Below are positions 8,832 to 16,395 of a DNA stretch of 34,634 nt, one piece after another (within the stretch, counting starts at the first letter, position 1; each line of letters starts with the position of its first letter). Both the position numbers and the translations under genes were made by a program. The stretch lies in IMG/VR virus record IMGVR_UViG_3300025644_000010; one strand, written 5' to 3'. The DNA is from a virus. The notes below the pieces were generated by a model. It saw nothing but the letters and a program-made list of their open reading frames with translations. It was not told the DNA's origin and searched no databases.

Positions 8832-8856
8832 CCAGATCTTACGCCAGTTTTAGTCC
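8832..8856 (-). repeat. Junction motif TAAAAC-N6-8-RAGATCT, copy A
   Basis: Minus strand ggacTAAAACtggcgtAAGATCTGG; the TAA is the stop codon of 8850..9068. Confidence 0.7.
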
Positions 8857-9068
8857 AATATATAATCATCAGAAAATTTAAGCAACTTATCAGAAATTAA
8901 TCTTATTGTTGCTTTTACATCATTTTCAACAGGTCGAAGGACAAGTTCTTTGTAATCATTAAAAGTTCCTCGATCACCATCATGTGAAGATACAATTTCG
9001 TTTTTCTTTGCAATTATATCTCCAACTTTAAATGGAGTCTTGGAATCTATTTCCATAAATACTCTCAT
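8850..9068 (-). CDS. Hypothetical protein
   Basis: ORF with GGAG RBS supplied by junction motif copy B. Confidence 0.55.
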   Translation of the reverse strand: MRVFMEIDSKTPFKVGDIIAKKNEIVSSHDGDRGTFNDYKELVLRPVENDVKATIRLISDKLLKFSDDYILD

Positions 9069-9079
9069 AACTATCTTCT

Positions 9080-9105
9080 CCAGATCTTGCGCGACGTTTT
9101 AGTCC
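9080..9105 (-). repeat. Junction motif, copy B
   Basis: Minus strand ggacTAAAACgtcgcgcAAGATCTGGag; the TAA ends a 48-aa ORF (9099..9245). Confidence 0.7.
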
Positions 9106-9266
9106 ATGTTTTGAGTTTTAAGAAACGTTCTCCATTTAAAACCGTCTAAAAGTAAACCATCAATTTTATCAGACATTTCTTTAATTTGACGTTGACTGAG
9201 TTCAACATACTCATCTTTATTTTTTTTGGGATTGTGTTTAAACATTAAGGAGATATTGTACAAACA

Positions 9267-9575
9267 TCATTCATCCTCACTTTCTTCAATAATTTTAATC
9301 TTCCCACCACAAAAAGGACAATAGACCCAAAATAGTTTATCTCGATCATACCAAAGAGCATCACCAGTACAACTAATAAGTACTACATCTAATCCAAATT
9401 CATCTTCAACTATTTCATGTTCACATTCTCCATCTCTAGCAGCTAACGTTGTTGATAAAATTTCATCAATCTTATTCATTTGTTCATAGAGAAAACCACC
9501 AATACGTGTTCTTTCTTTGAACCACTTATGCATGCGATCATTTTGTTCTCTTACTCTTTTTATATCAATTTCCAT
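9267..9575 (-). CDS. Hypothetical protein with C-terminal zinc ribbon
   Basis: CEH...C...YCPFCGGKI. Confidence 0.55.
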   Translation of the reverse strand: MEIDIKRVREQNDRMHKWFKERTRIGGFLYEQMNKIDEILSTTLAARDGECEHEIVEDEFGLDVVLISCTGDALWYDRDKLFWVYCPFCGGKIKIIEESEDE

Positions 9576-9596
9576 TTAAAAAATCCTTATTGTTTT

Positions 9597-9673
9597 TGGT
9601 GGACCCTGGAGAATTCGAATCTCCGACCTTGATATTATGAGTATCCTGCTCTAACCAACTGAGCTAAGGGTCC
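9597..9673 (-). tRNA. trnI: tRNA-Ile2 (anticodon CAU, probably lysidine-modified; Met cannot be excluded)
   Basis: Cloverleaf: acceptor GGACCCU/AGGGUCC, D-arm GCUC-AGUUGGUUA-GAGC, loop CU-CAU-AA, T-loop UUCGAAU, A73, encoded CCA. G1-C72 is paired, so not fMet. C4-G69/C5-G68 and overall sequence resemble bacterial Ile2. Confidence 0.9.
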
Positions 9674-9683
9674 ATTTAATATT

Positions 9684-9842
9684 TATTCATCCTTATCTGA
9701 AAAGGATATATCACAAAAGGATCTATCCATCCAAGTTCCACCGCCGGATACTTTGTATCCAAGTTGTTCCAGACATTCTTCAATTTCGTGTCTTTTTGAT
9801 GGTTCTAGAGCCGGTGTGATTTCTAAAGAATATTCAGTCATT
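9684..9842 (-). CDS. Small hypothetical protein (52 aa)
   Basis: Translated by hand: MTEYSLEITPALEPSKRHEIEECLEQLGYKVSGGGTWMDRSFCDISFSDKDE; below the ORF-track cutoff. Confidence 0.45.
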
Positions 9843-9844
9843 TC

Positions 9845-10660
9845 TTATCCCTTTCTAAACTCATCGATAGTTTTACCTCTAATACACTCTCCTAGTTCCC
9901 ACACATAGTCATAAATGTGTAAACCACAGCTCGACGCAATAGTTTCACCAGGATCAACACCAATTTCTGTAGCCATATATTCTTTCATCATTTGAATGGC
10001 ACCAAGATTGGCAGGAAATCCATTCCATAAATCCCAGCTCCTAAAATAAACGATAAAATGTAATTTGTTATCTTGAACTCTAACCTGAATATGTCTAAGA
10101 CATGGAGGATCTTGACGCAACATGTCTGATGGTTTAGCTACTTGTAAAACCATTTGATTATTACGAAATCCTTTATTTTTGTAAGTCCAGATAACCAACA
10201 CAATCTGATTAAGATAATAACCAAATTCATCTTTAAAAATGATATTATTATCTTTCCAAATATTCCAAATTTCATCTTCTTGAATCAGTATATCTTTATA
10301 TACTAATTTATATTGATGAACAAAATCTGAAGGGATTTGATACTTTGTTAATCGTTGACCGTAAGTATAACTTTCTCCTTCTTTCACTTCTCCAGTCATA
10401 AGATAAGGTAAATATTCTTCTAAATACCCTTCTTCAACAGGATTAGGCATATTATACTGTGCTGGAATTTGTGGTAATAATGGTCTTATTTCTGGATGTT
10501 TAATTTGAATAGTAATATAATCAAATTCCAGTCTTTTTTGTCCAGCATAAGATCCCCTATCAATAGTAAATCCTCTTCCAGTTTCAATACATTTATAAAC
10601 AGTTTGAAACCATGCATCAGGTAAAGTAGTCGCTGTAATTGTTTCTAAATTATAAGACAT
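9845..10660 (-). CDS. thyA: Thymidylate synthase (ThyA fold)
   Basis: YTYGQRL, catalytic PPCL, YFRSWDLWNGFPAN (Asn indicates dUMP specificity) and HIY. Confidence 0.85.
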   Translation of the reverse strand: MSYNLETITATTLPDAWFQTVYKCIETGRGFTIDRGSYAGQKRLEFDYITIQIKHPEIRPLLPQIPAQYNMPNPVEEGYLEEYLPYLMTGEVKEGESYTYGQRLTKYQIPSDFVHQYKLVYKDILIQEDEIWNIWKDNNIIFKDEFGYYLNQIVLVIWTYKNKGFRNNQMVLQVAKPSDMLRQDPPCLRHIQVRVQDNKLHFIVYFRSWDLWNGFPANLGAIQMMKEYMATEIGVDPGETIASSCGLHIYDYVWELGECIRGKTIDEFRKG

Positions 10661-10854
10661 TTATTTCTCCTAGTTTATAACAATTTTAAACATCTATTAC
10701 ATCTACATCCTCTTCTTTTTTTTGAGTGTCCAAAGAAATAACATATCCATTTCCCAATAGTCATTTTTAATTCAAATTCCCAGTATCCAATTTTTGTAGA
10801 TTTCATGTATTATCCATTAGATTTCTTCTAAATAAAAATTTATAACTAAGTAGA

Positions 10855-11088
10855 TTACTTTCTTGTAAAAACTTTTTCACCTGCGAAAACACTTATTGGA
10901 ATAGGTACCCAAAACTTTGAAAATACTATAACATGATCTTTAACAGCTTCAGGACCAAGAGCAGGTGCATCATTTATCGCTGATGTTAAATATTCTTTAT
11001 CTCTTTCTACTTTGAATATTTGTCCTGATTCATCTTTCACTTCAAAATCTTCAATACATATTCTATTAAAAGTTTTCATTATTTTCAC
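10855..11088 (-). CDS. Hypothetical protein
   Basis: ORF in the minus-strand operon. Confidence 0.55.
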   Translation of the reverse strand: MKIMKTFNRICIEDFEVKDESGQIFKVERDKEYLTSAINDAPALGPEAVKDHVIVFSKFWVPIPISVFAGEKVFTRK

Positions 11089-11304
11089 TTATCCTCTTTC
11101 TAATTATGGATAGTTATAAAACCAATCACCGGTGCTTAACATTCCAATTGGTGGGTATGTCGAAAACATTTTAGCAAGGCACATAGAACAACAAGGACCT
11201 TCTGCTACATATTGTACCACTAGTGCTGTCGACAAATCTCTTTTACAGAAGAAGCAACATTGAGTGTTATCTGATGTGTTCATTATTCACCTATTTATAT
11301 TATT

Positions 11305-11532
11305 TTAACTATTATTTTTACAAGCTATACACTTACAAGATTTTCTATCATAATTTTCAGTTGGTATTGTGAAATTCTCTGTCCACTGAGCTGTCTTTGA
11401 TATTCTAAAATCACTAATAAACCCTATGAACATTAAAGCGAAATTAAAGTAGTTAAAACATACACCATCTCTTATAACTTCATGATAGATGTTATTATCT
11501 TTTATGTGTATGTTGATTTCTATGTTCATCAT
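11305..11532 (-). CDS. Hypothetical protein
   Basis: ORF with GGGGG RBS. Confidence 0.5.
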   Translation of the reverse strand: MMNIEINIHIKDNNIYHEVIRDGVCFNYFNFALMFIGFISDFRISKTAQWTENFTIPTENYDRKSCKCIACKNNS

Positions 11533-11553
11533 TCCACCCCCTAAATATTATTT

Positions 11554-11669
11554 AAACTTGCTTAGGTGTGTTATTACACCAAAGGCAACTGTCTTCTTTC
11601 ATACAGTTTAATTTAACGCCACTCCTTAGAGGATGCCTACTTTTAGGGCCACCTTCCTAAGCAAGTTTT
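11554..11669 (-). ncRNA. Candidate 116-nt structured RNA or inverted-repeat element
   Basis: Perfect 13-bp terminal pairing aaacttgcttagg/cctaagcaagttt, internal hairpins, 41% GC (47/116), intergenic. Confidence 0.45.
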
Positions 11670-11671
11670 TA

Positions 11672-12244
11672 TCAACTATTATTCATTTCTAAAACATATA
11701 AATATCCAACATAAGCAAGAATATCAGTACAATATTTACTCATATCACTATTAACTTCACCAACATACTTCTTCAATGCTTCTCGAAGATCTCCTGTCTC
11801 TTCGTAATACTTGTTGAAAATATAGTTGATGACTAAGATATTTTTCTTCCAATCATAAAGATCTCGAGCTTCATTAACACCGAACTGTTTGATTTCATCT
11901 TTCCAAATATCGTATGTAATTTGTCCAAGACCATATACTTTGGTATCTTTACGATAAGAGAAAATCTTAAAGTTTGATTCTCTCATAATTATACCATGAA
12001 TCAGATGAGGATATTTACAATTCTCATAAATAAACTCTGAAATTTCTTTTGCTGTAGATTTAGGCAAAATGGACTTACTATAAATCCAATCAACTAGGTC
12101 TGTTGAAACTGTTTCTGGTTTAGGTTCAACTATAACAGTTTCTTTAATTTCTTGAACATTAGCTTCAGCACTAGGATCTTCTAGTTTAAATTCATTACAT
12201 CCACTAAAACTAATCATAATAATTAATATCAAGAACATTCTCAT
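11672..12244 (-). CDS. Lytic transglycosylase (SLT family) with lipoprotein signal peptide
   Basis: IMRESNF (catalytic Glu), YGLGQI, ALKKYVG; N-terminal hydrophobic stretch ending FSGC. Confidence 0.75.
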   Translation of the reverse strand: MRMFLILIIMISFSGCNEFKLEDPSAEANVQEIKETVIVEPKPETVSTDLVDWIYSKSILPKSTAKEISEFIYENCKYPHLIHGIIMRESNFKIFSYRKDTKVYGLGQITYDIWKDEIKQFGVNEARDLYDWKKNILVINYIFNKYYEETGDLREALKKYVGEVNSDMSKYCTDILAYVGYLYVLEMNNS

Positions 12245-12585
12245 TTTGTTTCTCCTTTAATCAATTTACCAAAATTATATTCAAAAACAACATTATCTGG
12301 TATAGGTTGTTGATTAAACATTGAACTCATTTCTCTAGCGCTATATCCATTGAAACTAGTCTTGTCTGGGTTTAATCCAGAATAAGCAATTAAAAAATTA
12401 AACTCAGAATTCTTTGAACATTCTCCATAAAGTTTGTTAATGTTAGAAATTATTTGTACTTTCGAAAGACTCCTTTTGGCTCCAGGTTTAGTAACTGTTG
12501 GTAAAGCATAACTCCATCCAGAATATCCTTTCTGGAGACCTTCACCAATACCTTTCTTGAACGTTTTAAAATAATAGATATACTT
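12241..12585 (-). pseudogene. 5'-truncated phage protein resembling the A1S_2505 family, no in-frame start codon
   Basis: Translated by hand: ...FKKGIGEGLQKGYSGWSYALPTVTK...KLYGECSKNSEFNFLIAY...SFNGYSAREMSSMF...IPDNVVF; its TGA overlaps the SLT ATG; no ATG/GTG/TTG upstream of the conserved core. Confidence 0.55.
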
Positions 12586-12649
12586 TATTATTTCTATATA
12601 AAAATAGAGAAAATAAAATTACTCCAGCTACATAATTGTAACTGGAGTA
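12586..12649 (-). promoter_or_regulatory. Hairpin + conserved promoter-like cassette, copy 2
   Basis: 13-bp stem at 12620-12649 with a G-U pair that works only on the minus strand, then TTTTCT-N8-ATATAGAAATAATA. Confidence 0.75.
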
Positions 12650-12785
12650 TCTTGATTTGACCTACTTTTCCCAATTAAATTTTGGGCGCTTTTTAGTATT
12701 TAGCTTTAAATGTCTTTCAATACCTTTAACATGAAATAGTGGATCATTCTTTTGACAATTTTTTACAGGATCAATGTCTTTACTC

Positions 12786-13178
12786 TTAAGATACATCAGT
12801 CCTCTTTTTCTTTTTAGTTTTGACAGTTGTCTCTTTTCTATTGTTCCTACTACAGGAATCGCATGTGCTTTTTTCATCAGTTTCTCCTAGTTCTTTAGAT
12901 TTAGTTTCAATTTCTTCTTCAAACTCTAGATTTAAATGTTCAACAATACTCATTGATTCATAATCTAGAAATTTATGATACTTCTGGCAATGATAAGCAT
13001 TTATATATATTACTAAAGGGATTGGTTCTTCAATATCAAAATTAGAATTTAATTTATGTAATAGTGGTGTCACATTTGATAGCATTTTCATTCTGTTAGA
13101 AAATGCAGCACATTCGGGTCCAATACAATTTCCTTGAACTTCGGGACAAAATTCAATAACTTCGTCTTGTATTTGCAT
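12786..13178 (-). CDS. Cys-containing hypothetical protein
   Basis: Start refined to MQIQDEVIEFCPEVQGNCIGPEC; the longer track ORF overlaps its neighbour. Confidence 0.5.
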   Translation of the reverse strand: MQIQDEVIEFCPEVQGNCIGPECAAFSNRMKMLSNVTPLLHKLNSNFDIEEPIPLVIYINAYHCQKYHKFLDYESMSIVEHLNLEFEEEIETKSKELGETDEKSTCDSCSRNNRKETTVKTKKKKRTDVS

Positions 13179-13188
13179 AATATTACCT

Positions 13189-13425
13189 TTATTTTGTATA
13201 ATAACAAGATCCGTCTCTTGTATAACCTTTAAGTTTTTCATCTTGTTGATTAAGAAGATCTCTAAATTCAACAAAGTATCTTTCTTCTAGTTTATGATGA
13301 AGAATACTTGAAATAATTAAAATACCAGAAACTCTATCACATAAACATTCAATATTTGAATTATCATGGTCTCTTGCATATATTCTCAAATGATGTGTTA
13401 CATTCATAATTTTCTCCTTTATCAA
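13189..13425 (-). CDS. Hypothetical protein
   Basis: ORF; true start is probably MNVTHH, downstream of AAGGAG. Confidence 0.4.
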   Translation of the reverse strand: MIKEKIMNVTHHLRIYARDHDNSNIECLCDRVSGILIISSILHHKLEERYFVEFRDLLNQQDEKLKGYTRDGSCYYTK

Positions 13426-13559
13426 GAGGTATAAATCCTTTGATTTTTAGATTACCTGGATCACCATACTCTCTTCTTTTTGCTTCGTATTCTTTTCGAA
13501 GTTCTTCAATTGATTTTTCCATTATGCTCCGTTAAGTACTTAACACAATTATGTAAAAT

Positions 13560-15485
13560 CTATACACTCAAAATTTTACAGTGACTATTGATTTCATTTA
13601 AAAATCTACTTCTTTTCCCACTAAAACTACAAGTTCTTTTCTCAACCGTTGTCATATTTAATATTTCTTTACTGCGTGTTGTCGCAACATAGAATAATCT
13701 TCTTTCTTCTTCAAGATGTTTTGTTGTTTTTAATTCACAATCAGACTTTAATGATTTCCAGTGAGGGAATAATCCATCTTCTAATCCAATAATAAACACT
13801 ATTTTAAACTCTAAACCTTTTGCCGAATGAACTGTCATTAGTTTGACTTTTTCAACATTATTGTTTTGATCTTCTGATGTCATTAATGAACTTTCATTTA
13901 TAAAATCTGATATAGTTTGAAATTTACTAGCAAATTTAAGTAATTCATTAATATTTTCTTTACGATCTACATAATCTTCATCATCTACAGACATTGATCT
14001 TAATTCATCATCAAAATTAATTTCTTTTAAAATTAGATTTATACTATCTGATGGATTGTTATCAATTATACTTAATATGATTTTATAATATTTAGATATG
14101 TTTTGATAAATTCGAGAATTGATTTTTGTACTATATGTAAAGTTTTTAATTTTTCGTATAACATTATCACCAGTTTGATTTAAAATTTTTTGTATTGTAC
14201 CTTTTCCAATACCACGTTTAGGAACATTGATTGATCTAGCAAAAGCTTCTGTATCATTAATGTTAAATGCAAATTTAATATAAGCCATTATATCTTTAAT
14301 TTCTCGTCTTTCAAAGAAAGCAACTGATCCTATAATGGTATAAGGTATTCCTAAATTCGTTAATGCTTTTTCGATTGCTCTAGATATAAATTTAGCTCGA
14401 TATAGTATAGCGATATCATCAAATGTACATTTAATTTGATCAACATAATATAAGCAAATTTTTGCAATATTATCGGCTTCAAGTTCATCATTTTTAAATT
14501 TAATTATAATAGGTTTAATATCTGATATAATATTAGAATAACAAACTTTTGGAATTTGATTTGTGTTTTTCTTAATAATATCATTAGACATGTTAACTAT
14601 ATTAGTTGAAGATCTATAATTTTCTTCTAATTTAAATAATTTAGAGTCTTCGATTTTATCTTTAGCATCTATAAAAAATTCTGGTTTAGCGCCGCGCCAT
14701 CCAAAAATAGATTGGAAATCATCCCCAACTATGGTTAGATTTTTACAACAATCAGTTAAATTTATAATAATTTGGTATTGAGTGTTATTAATATCTTGAA
14801 ATTCATCAACTAGAATATATTGAAAATAGTTTTTATATTCATTTTTAAATTCTTCATCAGTAATTAATAAATGAAGTGTATAAAATAAGATGTCATCATA
14901 ATCAATAGCGTTATTTCTTTTTAAAACATAACGATATTGATTAAATATATCAATTAATATTTCACGATCATGTTGAAAGATTGGTAAAAGTTCTTGTTGT
15001 ATGATTTCGTATTTTTTAAGTCTTACTTTATTTATATATTCATGAGGATCTGTATTATCTTTAGCGTCTGAAATTAATTTAGATAAAGGCATTGTAAACT
15101 TTTTAGCATTTAATTTATGACCTATTAAAATTTCTCTAATTATTTTTCTTTGTTCGGAAGCAGAATAAATAGAAACATTTTCTAAATAATTTATTTTATG
15201 TACATATGGTTTTAACATTTGAAGACAAGCGGAATGTATAGTACGAACCCATTTAATATCCCACCAGTTAACATTACTAAATTTAATAATTCTTTCTTTA
15301 AGTTCTGTAGCTGCTTTATTTGTAAAAGTAAAACATAATATTCTTTCTGGATTATAGCCTTTATTTACAAGATACATAAACTTATTTATTAGTGTAAATG
15401 TTTTACCACTTCCCGCACCGGCAGATATTATGCAAGGACCATCTAAATATTCAATTGCATTTTTTTGTGTTAAAGAAGGTTCCAT
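13560..15485 (-). CDS. uvrD: UvrD/PcrA/Rep superfamily 1 DNA helicase
   Basis: AGAGSGKT, VDEFQD, VGDDFQSIFGWRGA, LEENYRS, MTVHSAKGLEF and EEERRLFYVATTR. Confidence 0.95.
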   Translation of the reverse strand: MEPSLTQKNAIEYLDGPCIISAGAGSGKTFTLINKFMYLVNKGYNPERILCFTFTNKAATELKERIIKFSNVNWWDIKWVRTIHSACLQMLKPYVHKINYLENVSIYSASEQRKIIREILIGHKLNAKKFTMPLSKLISDAKDNTDPHEYINKVRLKKYEIIQQELLPIFQHDREILIDIFNQYRYVLKRNNAIDYDDILFYTLHLLITDEEFKNEYKNYFQYILVDEFQDINNTQYQIIINLTDCCKNLTIVGDDFQSIFGWRGAKPEFFIDAKDKIEDSKLFKLEENYRSSTNIVNMSNDIIKKNTNQIPKVCYSNIISDIKPIIIKFKNDELEADNIAKICLYYVDQIKCTFDDIAILYRAKFISRAIEKALTNLGIPYTIIGSVAFFERREIKDIMAYIKFAFNINDTEAFARSINVPKRGIGKGTIQKILNQTGDNVIRKIKNFTYSTKINSRIYQNISKYYKIILSIIDNNPSDSINLILKEINFDDELRSMSVDDEDYVDRKENINELLKFASKFQTISDFINESSLMTSEDQNNNVEKVKLMTVHSAKGLEFKIVFIIGLEDGLFPHWKSLKSDCELKTTKHLEEERRLFYVATTRSKEILNMTTVEKRTCSFSGKRSRFLNEINSHCKILSV

Positions 15486-15494
15486 TTTAATTCC

Positions 15495-16067
15495 TTATTG
15501 CGTTTCATAACTAGATCTAAGTTCATCTTCTTCTTTAAGTTTTTGTAAAGCGCGATTTTTTATTTGTTGTATTCGTTGTCTGCTACATTCATAATCCCTA
15601 CTAATTTCATTAAGTGTACACTTATCTTCATCATTTAATCCAAATCGTCGATTAATAACATCTTGTTCTACTTTTGTTAAACGTGAGACAACATCATTCA
15701 CTAATTTACAATTTTCTTCTAATACAATTTGATCGTATGGTGTCTTTTGTGATGAAGTAATTTGTTTTATCTCTTCAAAATCTGCTTCAACTTCTGCTTT
15801 ATTAATTTCTAAAGGATTTATTAAATGTTGTGGTGGAAACAGATCTTCTGGTAAAACTTTTAAAGTCTTAGATATTTTTAATACATCTTTTTTAAAAGTA
15901 CCATCTAGATTATAAGCTGGTTTTTTTAAATTTAAAAAATAACTTATTGGTGTTTGACCAACATTTGATGCTTTTGAAAGACTTGCACCACTATAAAATC
16001 CAGCTTTCTCCATTGCTTTTAACATATAATTATTTTTGATTTTTACTGTAATTCTATAATCTTTCAT
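15495..16067 (-). CDS. XRE/Cro-like HTH fused to a sigma-70 region 4 domain
   Basis: C-terminal LTKVEQDVINRRFGL...TLNEISRDYECSRQRIQQIKNRALQKL is typical sigma region 4; N-terminal SLSKASNVGQTPISYFLN is HTH-like; no region 2. Confidence 0.75.
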   Translation of the reverse strand: MKDYRITVKIKNNYMLKAMEKAGFYSGASLSKASNVGQTPISYFLNLKKPAYNLDGTFKKDVLKISKTLKVLPEDLFPPQHLINPLEINKAEVEADFEEIKQITSSQKTPYDQIVLEENCKLVNDVVSRLTKVEQDVINRRFGLNDEDKCTLNEISRDYECSRQRIQQIKNRALQKLKEEDELRSSYETQ

Positions 16068-16096
16068 AATTTAATTTCACTAATTATTTTGTACAT
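16064..16096 (-). CDS. 10-aa leader minigene (MYKIISEIKL)
   Basis: AGGAG 11 nt upstream of the ATG; its TGA overlaps the ATG of 15495..16067. Confidence 0.35.
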   Translation of the reverse strand: MYKIISEIKL

Positions 16097-16117
16097 TTAA
16101 TCTGTGTCTCCTGTTAA

Positions 16118-16155
16118 AAATTACTGGTGACTTGGTATATGCTCACCAGTAATTT
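16118..16155 (-). terminator. Intrinsic terminator-like hairpin downstream of the 230-nt element
   Basis: Perfect 13-bp stem aaattactggtga/tcaccagtaattt with a 12-nt loop and T-rich base. Confidence 0.65.
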
Positions 16156-16160
16156 ATAAA

Positions 16161-16390
16161 TCTTGGTAGGCGGGACGTTACTCCCACTAGTGGTATTTTT
16201 CTGCTTGATAGCCTCAACAGAGCTCTCACCCCTTAGCTACTGGTGCTTAACCATTCACGCTGTATGTGTGCCTTGCGTGGTCCTGGTGCAGAAGGTCTCT
16301 AACCGAAGTGGACTAAACTCTAGCTCAACCACCATCACCGGTGCTGTAACCTAATGGCATGTCTACGATTTCATCATGCTACTACCAAGA
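16161..16390 (-). ncRNA. Candidate 230-nt structured non-coding RNA of unknown family
   Basis: 49% GC (113/230) in an AT-rich genome; 9-bp closing stem tcttggtag/ctaccaaga; several hairpins with G-U pairs on the minus strand; own downstream hairpin; no credible minus-strand ORF. Confidence 0.65.
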
Positions 16391-16395
16391 AAATT

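Noticed and set aside
9845-10660. Possible dCMP hydroxymethylase (DNA hypermodification) instead of ThyA
   Set aside because: The specificity position in RSxDxxxGxPxN is Asn (dUMP type), not the Asp of T4-type dCMP hydroxymethylases.
11124-11135. 12-bp match (atcaccggtgct) between a small ORF and the 230-nt RNA candidate
   Set aside because: A single short match; a rough estimate suggests chance is plausible given ~220 query positions.
11554-11669. Pistol or hammerhead ribozyme match in the 116-nt element
   Set aside because: Isolated words (GUUAAAU, UUAGGG/CCUAAGC, GAAA) occur, but on inconsistent strands or in the wrong order, and there is no CUGANGA core.
16161-16390. tmRNA, RNase P, group I or group II intron identity for the 230-nt element
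   Set aside because: No G3-U acceptor or UUCRA T-loop, no GAGGAAAGUCC/P4, S- and R-like words are in the wrong order, and the D5-like hairpin is too short and at the 5' end.
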